This document shows positions 25,130 through 34,880 of a stretch of 40,116 bases of DNA, one piece after another; position 1 is the first letter of the stretch, and every line of letters starts with the position of its first letter. The stretch is from positions 1-40,116 of the IMG/VR virus record IMGVR_UViG_3300045988_114451; one strand, 5' to 3'. This DNA comes from a virus. A model generated the notes under the pieces. The model was not told the origin of the DNA, ran no database searches, and worked only from the letters and a program-made list of their open reading frames with translations. The position numbers were made by a program, and so were the translations under genes.

Positions 25130-25480
25130 TCATTTAAGCATCCGACAAACCATTGTAGCCACGAAAGCGGACGGAATCCACTCCACTGAACCCGTAATCA
25201 GCCAGCCGAAGCCGCACATGAGCACGCACATCCACCACGAGAGGCAGAAATCACACGACGCCATCTCCGAAACCAATCCGCATCCGCGCACCTGCATCCA
25301 CTCGACAACGCCCCATTTCGACAGCAGAACAAGCGCGTAAGCCGCCATCGCGCCCGTAAGGATACACTTGTGCCACAGAGTGGTCATAAAGGGCGTAAAG
25401 CCCGCGAAAACCGCCAAAACGACAAACATGATGACGCACCGCAGAAAGCAAATCCCATATCCTTTCATCTTCTCTCCCAT
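25130..25480 (-). CDS. Four-TM membrane protein, DUF1360-like (from memory). A moron candidate inside the tail module.
   Basis: Hydrophobic segments plus the CDFCLSWW motif, and its own -7 box upstream. Confidence 0.55.
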   Translation of the reverse strand: MGEKMKGYGICFLRCVIMFVVLAVFAGFTPFMTTLWHKCILTGAMAAYALVLLSKWGVVEWMQVRGCGLVSEMASCDFCLSWWMCVLMCGFGWLITGSVEWIPSAFVATMVCRMLK

Positions 25481-25496
25481 AATACTTCATTTTTCA

Positions 25497-25548
25497 CAAA
25501 TATAGGAGATTCCGAGCCCAAAACGCCCCGAATCTCCCATATTTTACA
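25497..25548 (-). promoter_or_regulatory. Hairpin followed by a -7 box TATATTTG upstream of the membrane-protein gene.
   Basis: An 8-bp ggagattc/gaatctcc stem. comp(25497..25504) is TATATTTG, about 17 nt before the ATG at 25480. Confidence 0.45.
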
Positions 25549-25556
25549 AACATTCA

Positions 25557-26093
25557 TTACACATAAGGGTTGCAATCCGGCTCGACATACACGTCCATAG
25601 CCACACGGATGCCCGCAAACGGCTGCATGAGCGCACAGGATGCCGTCTCGTCGAAGGTGAATCCCTTATATACGCTCGCCGGACGGTCGTATATCTCCAC
25701 GACCTCAACGCCAGCAACACGCCCGAGCGCATCAAGCACCTGAGACTTCACCCGCTCCATATCGCGCAATTCCGCATCCACACGGCGCGTGTCCCACCAC
25801 ACTATCACCTGAACACGCCCGCGCATCCGTCCGTCCGCCTTCTTCTGCGGCTCGTCAAGATAACAGAAGGAAAAACTGCCCCTCATCCGGTCGGGCATAA
25901 GGTCAATATACTCGTTGCCGCCCACCCATAAGTTGGGGAGGGTAAACCTTTTCCCCTCTATCACGCGCGTAATGCGCTCCGCAAGCCCGAAGGCATAGTC
26001 CAGCCATACAAGACTGTCACCCAGTGCCCTCTGTATCCTCTGAACAACCTTATCGAACAGATAAGGATGCTCCCTCAATGGTATCCGTTCCAT
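25557..26093 (-). CDS. Hypothetical head-tail connector or neck protein.
   Basis: Position only. Confidence 0.5.
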   Translation of the reverse strand: MERIPLREHPYLFDKVVQRIQRALGDSLVWLDYAFGLAERITRVIEGKRFTLPNLWVGGNEYIDLMPDRMRGSFSFCYLDEPQKKADGRMRGRVQVIVWWDTRRVDAELRDMERVKSQVLDALGRVAGVEVVEIYDRPASVYKGFTFDETASCALMQPFAGIRVAMDVYVEPDCNPYV

Positions 26094-26096
26094 ATC

Positions 26097-26552
26097 CTAA
26101 CCTTTAACAAAATCATATAACTTCTTGGCGACAGGCTCCGCGACAATGAAAGCCGATATGTATTCCACATCCGACTCGGAGAAACCGAGCACCTCGCCAA
26201 GATAATGCTCCAGAAGGAAATCCACCTTCCCCGCATCGTGGTCATCGCTCTCCACCCAAAACTCCTCGCCGCCGAAGACGATGTGCAGGCTCGCGTGGAA
26301 ATTGCCGTAATCGTACAACGTGACCCTGTCCGTTATCCCCCCGCGCCTGCGCTTGTACGCTATGGTGTACGGCGTATAGAACGGGGATATGTCCGAGCCG
26401 TCGGGAGCCTTCCCCGACATGAGACGGTCACGGTTAAGCTGCGCTATCTCGTCCGCGGCATCCCCGCACTCGTCACGCACCCAGTCCGGAATCATTCCCT
26501 CCAGTCCCGAAAGGGCGGACGCCATTTCCTCAAGCCGAGCCGTCACGTCCAT
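26097..26552 (-). CDS. Hypothetical head-tail connector protein.
   Basis: The internal Met (MDVTARLEE) at 26552 removes the 46-nt overlap with the upstream gene. Confidence 0.5.
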   Translation of the reverse strand: MDVTARLEEMASALSGLEGMIPDWVRDECGDAADEIAQLNRDRLMSGKAPDGSDISPFYTPYTIAYKRRRGGITDRVTLYDYGNFHASLHIVFGGEEFWVESDDHDAGKVDFLLEHYLGEVLGFSESDVEYISAFIVAEPVAKKLYDFVKG

Positions 26553-26554
26553 AA

Positions 26555-27871
26555 CTACACGCTCCCATATCTCACGCCCCCCGTGTGGTTGCAGAGACAT
26601 ACGCGGTCAAGCCCCTTCGTCTCCACCTCCAAGGCATCGTAGGCACGGCGCAGGTCACGCCCCAAGCCGCCGTGTCCGTCCTGTCCGTTGAGGTCATACG
26701 CGATGTCAAGCCGGGACGCATTCGTCTGATTGCGGTTCACGCGCACATTCGGGTTGTTCATCAACAACGCAAGCACATCCGCCGCCACCTGCTTCTGCAA
26801 CACGGACGCAAACATATCGCGCTGACTTACAAGCACGTCCGTAAGGTCACAACCCACCGATACCTCAAGATTCAATCCGTAGTTCAGCGTGTTCGTGTAT
26901 GTGTTCTGCGCTATGTCCCAAATGGCGTTGTCGGCATTCAGTTCCCTGCCCTCGACGAAGAAGGGCGAATAGGCGGCATAGCGCGTCACCTCACGCCATA
27001 CCTGCACCGAACCCACATTGCACGTGCCGCACGGCTCGCGGCTCCAGTCCTTGCTCACGTTGATGCCATAGCAGCCCAACGGCAGCTCGTCCTGCCGATA
27101 GGTCACATACCACGAGCCGCCCGCGTGGTCGTCACCCAGATAAGGCAGGTACACGTCATCAAGCACGAACCAACGGAACGAGCCGTTCCCGTCATAATGC
27201 AGGGTCTTCTCATACACCGGAAAGACCTGCGACGAATGGTATATCCTTATCGTTATGTCCGCGCTTCTGGTGAACTGCAGGCCTATCCGCTCAATCTTCG
27301 TGGTCACGCCCATGGCACGCACCGGAAGCACCTCGATGCCTACAAGACGCCCCTCGTTGTCGGTACTGTTCGCAATCCGTCCCGCACCGTCGAAGAGCGT
27401 CCGGCGGCTCACGAGCGAGCGCGTCTCACGCGCCAGCTTCTTCCGCTCGATGAACGTCGTCACCACCTTCGCGATGCCGTCGTCCGTGAGCTTGCGCATA
27501 TATGCGGAGACGGGCGAGCACTTCATCCACCCTTTCGCGAAGTCGTCGTTGAAATCGTCGTTGAAGTCCGCGCCCGTGCCGGGCTCCACACCACGCTGAC
27601 GTGCAAGCGAGCACCATACCGCATCGTCATACGTCACCATCTCGCCCCTCTCGTAAGTGCGTATGGGATTGTATCGCTGAAAACCGCTTCCGTAGTTCTC
27701 CGGCATGACCGCCTCCATGTTCGCGGTCGTCACGAGCGGATGCGCACCGTTGAAGTAAAGCCCGCTCTCGCTGAACCCGAGGACAGGCGCGACGTCATCC
27801 GGCAGGGCGGTGTCCTTCTCCCACCCGACAAGACGCCGCCACGATTCACGTATTTCCCTTAATCTGTACAT
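26555..27871 (-). CDS. Hypothetical virion structural protein.
   Basis: A 438-aa ORF directly downstream of the capsid gene's terminator. Confidence 0.6.
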   Translation of the reverse strand: MYRLREIRESWRRLVGWEKDTALPDDVAPVLGFSESGLYFNGAHPLVTTANMEAVMPENYGSGFQRYNPIRTYERGEMVTYDDAVWCSLARQRGVEPGTGADFNDDFNDDFAKGWMKCSPVSAYMRKLTDDGIAKVVTTFIERKKLARETRSLVSRRTLFDGAGRIANSTDNEGRLVGIEVLPVRAMGVTTKIERIGLQFTRSADITIRIYHSSQVFPVYEKTLHYDGNGSFRWFVLDDVYLPYLGDDHAGGSWYVTYRQDELPLGCYGINVSKDWSREPCGTCNVGSVQVWREVTRYAAYSPFFVEGRELNADNAIWDIAQNTYTNTLNYGLNLEVSVGCDLTDVLVSQRDMFASVLQKQVAADVLALLMNNPNVRVNRNQTNASRLDIAYDLNGQDGHGGLGRDLRRAYDALEVETKGLDRVCLCNHTGGVRYGSV

Positions 27872-27889
27872 ATCATTATCCTTTTAACA

Positions 27890-27930
27890 TTAAAAAAGCA
27901 GAGGACGGGGACAAGCCCCGCCCCCTGCGG
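27890..27930 (-). terminator. Strong GC hairpin plus U-run downstream of the capsid gene.
   Basis: CGGGG-ACAAG-CCCCG core with extended G/C pairing (27901..27928). The minus strand follows with TGCTTTTTTAA. Confidence 0.7.
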
Positions 27931-27963
27931 CTGAAAGAGAAAAGAGGTGTCTTTCCTTATGGA

Positions 27964-29055
27964 CTATGCCTCGGTCTTCGTGCTGACAGTCCCGACAACG
28001 GTCACAGGGGTCGCATAGTTCGTGCCCTTGTCTATCGTCGCCTTGATGACAGGATTAGGGTTGCCCTCCATGTCGTTGTTGTAGGCTACCACGAAAGCCA
28101 CGTCAAGACTGAATCCGTAGAAGTCCTTGACCGCGCAGGTGAGGTCTGCGGATGCCGCGCCCGCAATCTGGCTCTGGTCGCCCACAGCCTGATAGTGGTG
28201 AAGTCCCACAGGCATTCCGAGTCCGAGGTCAACCTGAAGCCACTCGTGTCCCACCTTTGTCTGTGCCTGTCTTGCGCTCTCGCGGTCAAGACGGGTCACG
28301 ATTCCGACATTTCCTTCCTCCACCGCGTAGAGAGTGCCGTACTTGCCCTCGGCGTTGGCGATGTTGTTGGTGAAGTGGAATACCTTGTCGGCATACTCAA
28401 GCTGCCTGTTCACGTCGTTGTAGAAGCCGTGCTGCGCGAGCTTGCGCACGAGCGCGTCAACGCCGCCGTTGCCGACGATGTGCACCTGACCCTCGTAGTC
28501 GTTAGCCACCATCATCGTTGCCACATCCTCAAGGATGTCCTCACGCTGATTCCAGTCCGCCGGAATGGCGTTGCCCGCCGGGGTGTAGATGAGCGTGTCG
28601 TTGAACTTCTGTGTCTTGTTCGCCTCAAGCGCAGCCACCGCAAGCTGGTCAAGCTTGTTCGCGAGTGCCTTGGTTATCTTCGCCATCTTGCGGTTGAAGT
28701 CGGCCTCATAGCCAATCTCGTTGTTCGCATAGAGAGACGGAACGATGGTGAATCCCACCGAAAGGGTAGAGAAGGCAAGCGTGTAAAGCGCGGATGTGTT
28801 CTCGTTGTCCGCCACCACGCAGGAGCGGCTCGTCGCCACGGTCACGGTGTCGGTGTCGAACACCGGAACCTGAACTGTGTTCCCCATGGAGCCGAGTGCC
28901 TTCGCCCTCAGTTCGGGTGTGATGATTGAATCCGGAGCCTCGGTCTGTCTCACGAAAAGGTCGAGAGCACCATAACGGCTCGGACGGAGCGTGTTCTTGC
29001 TGAATCTCGGGTCAGCAATACGCCAGTTCTGTAGTCTTGTTGCAAGTAAGCTCAT
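27964..29055 (-). CDS. Major capsid protein.
   Basis: 363 aa, following the scaffold-like gene and followed by a strong terminator. Confidence 0.65.
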   Translation of the reverse strand: MSLLATRLQNWRIADPRFSKNTLRPSRYGALDLFVRQTEAPDSIITPELRAKALGSMGNTVQVPVFDTDTVTVATSRSCVVADNENTSALYTLAFSTLSVGFTIVPSLYANNEIGYEADFNRKMAKITKALANKLDQLAVAALEANKTQKFNDTLIYTPAGNAIPADWNQREDILEDVATMMVANDYEGQVHIVGNGGVDALVRKLAQHGFYNDVNRQLEYADKVFHFTNNIANAEGKYGTLYAVEEGNVGIVTRLDRESARQAQTKVGHEWLQVDLGLGMPVGLHHYQAVGDQSQIAGAASADLTCAVKDFYGFSLDVAFVVAYNNDMEGNPNPVIKATIDKGTNYATPVTVVGTVSTKTEA

Positions 29056-29118
29056 AATTACTTTAATTAAACTTGTTAAACGATTTGTCTTTAAAGGTCT
29101 TACCCTCTGACCCTTTCG

Positions 29119-30036
29119 CTATTGCATCGGCAGTGACATCACATTGTTGTCCCTCCACGCGGCGTCCCGCGCCTCGGCAAATGCCGCCGTTCCGCTCACA
29201 AGCCCCTTTGCAAGCAAATCCGCGACTATGATGTCATCCGCCTCCGTTCTTGTCTTTGCGCCGGAAAGCGACACGAGACGGCTTCCGCCCTGTCCGCCCG
29301 CATTTCCGTTGCCTCCGGCACCTCCGTTGCCCCTGTTTCCCTCGTCCAGCGCACCCAGTCCGCGCAGATGCTCGGCAAGCAGGTCCGCCGCGCCATAAGG
29401 CTTCAGCATGTCCGAAGGGTTGACGGCAATCTTGCCCTCCCTGTCACGGAAAACAAGCACGTCATCCTCGAATGCCGCCGTGTATTTTTGGCGGATGGTG
29501 TTCACCGCGTCCCTGCGGAGCACATCCACCATGTTCTGCGAGTAGTCCGAACGGAACTTCAGTCCCGCCGCCGCACGGTCGAACTCCGCATTGACGCGGT
29601 AATCAAGCATCTCCCTCTGATACTTCTTCTCCGCCTTCTGGACATTCGTCAGGCTCTCCGCAAGCGCGGCCTTGGTACTCTCAAGGTCGGTCTTGAGCTG
29701 CGCAATCTGCGCCCTCGTCTCCTCCGTGCCGCCGTCCGTGAGCATCTTCTGATACTTCGCGTCCAATTCGTCGTATCTGGCCTGCAAGTCCGCGTTCACG
29801 GTCGCCCTGGCCTTCAGTGCCTCCGCACTGCGCTTGAGATATGCGTAGGTCTTCTCCGCACCCTCGCGGGCTATGCCGGTCGATGCCGCTATGGTATTGT
29901 CCAGCTCGCGGTATATCTCGCCTATCCGCTGCCCTATGACCTGATTCTCGTCATTGCGCGACAACTCGACAATCGCGCTCACCTGTTCCTCCGAAAGTCC
30001 GGTAATGTTACCGTTTATCAATTCAGCCGTAAGCAT
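29119..30036 (-). CDS. Scaffolding protein.
   Basis: Helical, charged, A/E/K/L-rich, with a G/N-rich linker GNRGNGGAGGNGNAGGQGG. Lies between portal and capsid genes. Confidence 0.5.
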   Translation of the reverse strand: MLTAELINGNITGLSEEQVSAIVELSRNDENQVIGQRIGEIYRELDNTIAASTGIAREGAEKTYAYLKRSAEALKARATVNADLQARYDELDAKYQKMLTDGGTEETRAQIAQLKTDLESTKAALAESLTNVQKAEKKYQREMLDYRVNAEFDRAAAGLKFRSDYSQNMVDVLRRDAVNTIRQKYTAAFEDDVLVFRDREGKIAVNPSDMLKPYGAADLLAEHLRGLGALDEGNRGNGGAGGNGNAGGQGGSRLVSLSGAKTRTEADDIIVADLLAKGLVSGTAAFAEARDAAWRDNNVMSLPMQ

Positions 30037-30037
30037 A

Positions 30038-30394
30038 CTATTTCCCTCCCTTCCTTGGTTTTTCCTCTTTCACCGCCGTCACGGGCTCGTCCGCCGTAAA
30101 GTCCAGCACCTCCGCAGGCACATCCTTCACGACAGGCGCATCCTTCGGTTTTGCGGTAGGGTCGTGGAGCACCTCCACGTCATAACCGCTCTCGACAAGA
30201 TTGCGGTAAAGCCCCGCAAATCCCTTCGCGTCAAACTTCTGCACGAACGGACGGCTCAACCGCTCCCCGGTGGCACCGTCAAACAGCCTGCGCTCAAGCC
30301 TGCAGTGGTAAAAGCCCCTCTCGTTGTCCTCAACGAGGTAATTTTTCGCCGTTATTTCAGTCAACGGCAAATTCTTTCCTTCTCTCGTCAGCAT
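30038..30394 (-). CDS. Hypothetical protein.
   Basis: A 118-aa ORF that overlaps the portal 3' end by 38 nt. Confidence 0.5.
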   Translation of the reverse strand: MLTREGKNLPLTEITAKNYLVEDNERGFYHCRLERRLFDGATGERLSRPFVQKFDAKGFAGLYRNLVESGYDVEVLHDPTAKPKDAPVVKDVPAEVLDFTADEPVTAVKEEKPRKGGK

Positions 30395-32084
30395 AATTCA
30401 ATAATGTTTTACGTATTGTATCAATCTTTGTCCTGTAGTCGGACTGCGCACCGAATGCGACTATGTCCGTGTTCTCCCTCTCGAACCGCCCTATGTAGTT
30501 CGTGAAGTCAATCTTCAGCCGGAGTTCCCTCTCGTCTATAAGTCCGTCCCTGAACAACGCCTGCGCCTCCGCTATGGTCAGATGCCTGTACGGCTCCAGT
30601 TCGGCAAGCATGCGCATACGCGCCCGCATGCGCGGGTCACTGCGATAGTCGCTCTCGACTATCTGCCGCTGTATGGCATCCAGCTCGCTCTCGCTCGCGC
30701 CCGATTCCTTCGCCGACCTGTACCTCTCGCGCAGCTCCGTGCCCGAAAGGGTAAAGAAGTCCGTGCCGTAGTTTATCGACGCGCCCATGAAGGCGGAGCC
30801 GTAACGCAAGCGGCATATCGTCGAATCGACGAACGTCTGAATCCGCTCAAATCCCACCTTCACGCGACGCAGGATGACGCTCTTGCTCTCGAACTCCGCA
30901 TCTATCTGCTTGTCGTTCACCGCGCTTATCGAAAGTATCGAATCGTCCGAGCCGACAGACGCGTCTATGATGTGACGCCTCAGCCTGTCCTCCTCGTCCA
31001 CATTGAACTTCAGAGCATCCACATCCGCGTCAAGCTTCTGTATGGGATTGCGCAAATCCGCCTGCCCCTCTATCGGGACAGGCACCTCCACGAACGACCC
31101 CGCGCCCGTAATCCGCTTCGACGCGCATATAGGGCAGCGCACAAGTCCGTTTGAATCATACACATAATGGTCTGTGGCGTCAACAAGGTAGCCGTGCGAG
31201 CAATGGTGTCCGTCATTATCCTCATAGTCGCACTCCGGCTCGTAACCCGAATAGATGGGATATGCCCCGAAGAGGTCAAGCTGCTGCTTCGATATGTGAA
31301 AGAACAGCCACCAGTCCAAAGCCGACAACTGACGGCTCACGGGCGACCATTTCAGCCACGGACGCTCAAGCGACAACGGAATGTTCCAAAACCACGCGCA
31401 CGGACAGTAGCCAAGCGCGTGCCCGCGCTCCGACACAAGCACCCAATTCTCATCATAGACGCGGTATGTGCCGCCGTCTATCACGATGTTGCGCTTGCCG
31501 TCACGGAAGGCTACCCACAACACCTCACCGCGCAGTCCGTTGTCGTAGCTTATCAGCCGCTCGGGACTGACGAAATAGAAGTAAGGCTCCGGCCTGCCGT
31601 TGACGGGCGCATCCGGCATGTCCACCACCACGAGACAATCGATGTCAGTACGGAAACGCTCCCACGCGTCATCCGCCCATACGGACGGCTCGCGCAGAAC
31701 GTCTCGCCGATAAACATCCCAGTCGGCCGCATCCGCGCCGTCATTGAACTCATAGTTCAGCGCGGCATTCTTGCCGTCGAAGATACGCGAGAGCCTGTCG
31801 AAGATGACGCCGCATATCTCGTTGCTCGCCACCGGATAACGGAAGAGCGAACAGAAAAGTTTGTACTTGTCGTCCGGAATGAGATTCTTCACGAAGGCAA
31901 GGAAGTCCCTGCGTGCGGATGAGGCCACATTGTCCGTGACCTCCGTCTGCACGTGGAACCGGATGCGCTCCTGCTGCCGAATCATGTCGGCTATCTCGGA
32001 GTTCCTACCGCCCCACCTCGCCGCGTCCGCGGCCTGATATGCGTCGAATCTTACCATCGATAAACTCAAATTTCGCGTCATCAA
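30357..32084 (-). CDS. Portal protein. The start is uncertain; an internal Met at 31985 would avoid overlap with the upstream small ORF.
   Basis: Size (575 aa) and position in the packaging/head module. Confidence 0.55.
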   Translation of the reverse strand: MMTRNLSLSMVRFDAYQAADAARWGGRNSEIADMIRQQERIRFHVQTEVTDNVASSARRDFLAFVKNLIPDDKYKLFCSLFRYPVASNEICGVIFDRLSRIFDGKNAALNYEFNDGADAADWDVYRRDVLREPSVWADDAWERFRTDIDCLVVVDMPDAPVNGRPEPYFYFVSPERLISYDNGLRGEVLWVAFRDGKRNIVIDGGTYRVYDENWVLVSERGHALGYCPCAWFWNIPLSLERPWLKWSPVSRQLSALDWWLFFHISKQQLDLFGAYPIYSGYEPECDYEDNDGHHCSHGYLVDATDHYVYDSNGLVRCPICASKRITGAGSFVEVPVPIEGQADLRNPIQKLDADVDALKFNVDEEDRLRRHIIDASVGSDDSILSISAVNDKQIDAEFESKSVILRRVKVGFERIQTFVDSTICRLRYGSAFMGASINYGTDFFTLSGTELRERYRSAKESGASESELDAIQRQIVESDYRSDPRMRARMRMLAELEPYRHLTIAEAQALFRDGLIDERELRLKIDFTNYIGRFERENTDIVAFGAQSDYRTKIDTIRKTLLNYADERRKEFAVD

Positions 32085-32205
32085 TCACCCAGGCCGGATT
32101 CGGGAGGCTCAGCATGCGCTCCGCCTGCACCAGCGGGAACTCCTCCCGCCAGCCCTCGCGCGGAGCGCACATCCTGACCTTCGTTATCCTCGCCTCCATA
32201 ACCAT
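32005..32205 (-). CDS. Small hypothetical protein.
   Basis: It starts 6 nt after the stop of the upstream gene and has ordinary composition, but it overlaps the annotated portal start. Confidence 0.35.
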   Translation of the reverse strand: MVMEARITKVRMCAPREGWREEFPLVQAERMLSLPNPAWVIDDAKFEFIDGKIRRISGRGRGEVGR

Positions 32206-32210
32206 ACCCG

Positions 32211-32834
32211 CTAAAGGTCACGCGCGTCAAACTCACACGCAACCACCTTCAGGTCATCCGACCAGTTCGGACGGAACGAGAACTGAATGCCGTTGCTGTC
32301 CGGCGCGTCAAAGCCCCCGAGGGTCTTGTCGCCGATGAAAAGGCTCTCCACCGGAATGGCGGAATAGTCACCATCGGTCTCACCCGAAAGCGCACCCACC
32401 GCACCGTTCTCGTCGATGAGGTACACGCCGAGGTTATGCGCCTGCGATTCGCAGACGAGTTCCTTCATGGCCTTCACTATGCTCTGTGGAAGCCTCCTGA
32501 ACACCGCGGTGAACGGTGTAGGCTCCGCGCCCACAACCTCCTCGATGCCCCCGAGGGAATCGTTGCCTCCCCCGAAAGTCCTTGCCGCGCCCGCCTCCGC
32601 AGACGGCGCGTTGAGGAACGGAGTGACAACAATCTTCGTGTCGTCCGTTGCCGTGAGAAGCGCATCCCAAGACGCCTTCTTCGTTATCGCCTTGTCGGCG
32701 GTGAACTTGTTGACCGTTCCCGATGTACCCTTGAGCCTCTGGAACGCCAGCTTCTGAATCTGTCCGAACGATTCACCGCAGGTGAACTTCGGAATGTCGG
32801 GCAATGCCGTGCCCAGCGGACATTTGCAAATCAT
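32211..32834 (-). CDS. Hypothetical structural protein.
   Basis: A 207-aa ORF between the DUF1064-like gene and the portal. No motif recognised. Confidence 0.55.
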   Translation of the reverse strand: MICKCPLGTALPDIPKFTCGESFGQIQKLAFQRLKGTSGTVNKFTADKAITKKASWDALLTATDDTKIVVTPFLNAPSAEAGAARTFGGGNDSLGGIEEVVGAEPTPFTAVFRRLPQSIVKAMKELVCESQAHNLGVYLIDENGAVGALSGETDGDYSAIPVESLFIGDKTLGGFDAPDSNGIQFSFRPNWSDDLKVVACEFDARDL

Positions 32835-32950
32835 TTCCTTACGTTTTATTCGTTAAACTTCCTACCCTCTTTCTCCGTGGTCTCCCACAACCGCAAATAT
32901 ACATTATTCCCGGTCGGTCAGGGACGGAAAACAACCCAAGTTATCAATAA

Positions 32951-33358
32951 TCAAACCTTTTCAGCCGCCTTGTAAACCCTCCGTATGGGAAAGCCGAAAC
33001 GCCACCGGAACAATTTTTCCTTAATCACAAACTCCTTCGGGACAAGCGCGGGACATATCTTCACATCCTCAACCACCGCCACGCCGTCCGAACAGCGCAT
33101 ATACTCGAAGTCCGCACGATAGGTCACGGCCCTCTGAACGACCCTCTCCACCCTCTTGACCTTCGTCTTCAGCTGCACCTCCACCGTCTCCCTAATCTCC
33201 GGCACAAGCTCATACACCACCTGACGGCGCAGACGGATTATCTCGCCGCGCTCCTCGCAGCCGAGAAGATAGATGTACCTGTCACGCTCACGCACGGAAT
33301 CAAAGGTCTCGCCCCGAAAAGTGACCTTCCTGTTACCATATTTTGCACGCCCTTTCAT
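32951..33358 (-). CDS. DUF1064-like protein (small nuclease-fold family, from memory).
   Basis: KYGNRKVTFRGETFDSVRERDRYIYL...GEIIRLRRQV pattern. Confidence 0.55.
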   Translation of the reverse strand: MKGRAKYGNRKVTFRGETFDSVRERDRYIYLLGCEERGEIIRLRRQVVYELVPEIRETVEVQLKTKVKRVERVVQRAVTYRADFEYMRCSDGVAVVEDVKICPALVPKEFVIKEKLFRWRFGFPIRRVYKAAEKV

Positions 33359-33365
33359 ATCAATG

Positions 33366-34880
33366 TCAATTTATCCGTCTTATACCCTTGGACTTCTCCG
33401 TACCCGCCAGCTCACGCAGGTATATCTCGGAAAGCACATCCTCGATGTCATCGTGCCTGTTCGCGCGGAAATCCGAAAGGAAGTCACGCAGATGCCTGTA
33501 TGCGCTCTCCCACCGTTCCTCCCAGCCCGCGGGGAAAATAATCTGCTCGTTCACGTATGGCGCATAGGTCAGTATCTTGCTCTCCTTGTTCAGCTTCTGA
33601 TGGAAGCCGCGCAGCTCGCACCGCGTCTTGCGCATGATGTCCTTGCGGAACTGCTCGCCGCCGTTGTTGCCCTCAATCCACGCCCTCTGCGTGTTGTTCC
33701 GGTTGAGCATGTCCGGTATCAGCGTGCGCGTCACCTCCGTGCCCTTCTCCGTGTATATCATGTCCGTGACAAGCGCGTAATAGAACGGCTCCATCCGCCG
33801 CGTCCGCGCGTTGAACCGTCCGTGCGGACTCCGGTACACGTCATAGCATATCGAGCAGGTCTTGTCCTTTCCGCTGTCCGCGGGGTCGGTGTAGTTGCCG
33901 CGCCTGACGAACACGCCCCACTCGCCCTTGTCCGTGTATGTCTTGAACGGATGATACAGCATCGCCGCCGCATCGGACGGATTGCCCTGATAAAGGCAGG
34001 CGAAATTCACCGGGTCAAGCAGCCGCTCCCGCTCCATCTCCGCCTTTCCGTGACGCTCCGGCCAGAGCACCTCTCCCGGCTCGCGCGGGTCTATCGGGGT
34101 CGGCTCGCCCTCCTTGATTGCCGGGAAATTCAACACCGCCCACGCATCCGGCGGCAACCCATCCAGCTGCCCGATGTCCGTTATCACGACACACCTCTCC
34201 GACTCCCTGATGCGGCCGATGATGTCGTCCTTGTGCCACCGCGTGAACACAACCAACTCCTGCCCGCCGTTGCTCAGGCGCGACCGCAGGACGGTCGTGT
34301 ACCAGTTCCACGCCAAATCACGCACCAATGGCGAATTAGCCTCCGAATGGTCTTTATACAGGTCATCAAGGATAGCCACGTCCAACGGCAAGCCCGTAAG
34401 CGAGCCGCCGCGACCCACGGCACGCAACCCGCCGCCGCGACCGACCACCTCCGTGACCGTGGAATTGCAGGCATAGTCACACTTGCCCTCAACAGCCCTC
34501 GACTTCGCTATCTGCGTCAGGGGAAACAGCTCCGCATATTCGTCCGACGCCATTATCCTCTGCACGTCGCGGTTGAAGGTGCTCGCCAAATTCGCCGAAT
34601 AGGAACAGATGCCTATCTTCCTGTCCGGATTCAACCCCAAAATGAACGCCGGAAGTATTCGGCTCGCCCCTTCGGACTTTCCCGATTGAGGTGGGCAACT
34701 CACAATCATGCGCTTCACCTCACCCCTGGCGAACTTGTCCAGCACGGCATAATAAGTCCTGTGAAAATCCGTCATCACCGTCTGCGGCCTGACATAACGC
34801 GCGAAGCAGTCAAGCCTGCGCCTGCCCATATACACCAGCAAAGCATCCGCCATCTGCGGCGTCATACGCATATCACTCAT
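33366..34880 (-). CDS. terL: Terminase large subunit.
   Basis: Walker A-like SCPPQSGKSE and Walker B-like VAILDDLYKD, 504 aa, with a 4-nt overlap with the upstream small-subunit gene. Confidence 0.85.
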   Translation of the reverse strand: MSDMRMTPQMADALLVYMGRRRLDCFARYVRPQTVMTDFHRTYYAVLDKFARGEVKRMIVSCPPQSGKSEGASRILPAFILGLNPDRKIGICSYSANLASTFNRDVQRIMASDEYAELFPLTQIAKSRAVEGKCDYACNSTVTEVVGRGGGLRAVGRGGSLTGLPLDVAILDDLYKDHSEANSPLVRDLAWNWYTTVLRSRLSNGGQELVVFTRWHKDDIIGRIRESERCVVITDIGQLDGLPPDAWAVLNFPAIKEGEPTPIDPREPGEVLWPERHGKAEMERERLLDPVNFACLYQGNPSDAAAMLYHPFKTYTDKGEWGVFVRRGNYTDPADSGKDKTCSICYDVYRSPHGRFNARTRRMEPFYYALVTDMIYTEKGTEVTRTLIPDMLNRNNTQRAWIEGNNGGEQFRKDIMRKTRCELRGFHQKLNKESKILTYAPYVNEQIIFPAGWEERWESAYRHLRDFLSDFRANRHDDIEDVLSEIYLRELAGTEKSKGIRRIN

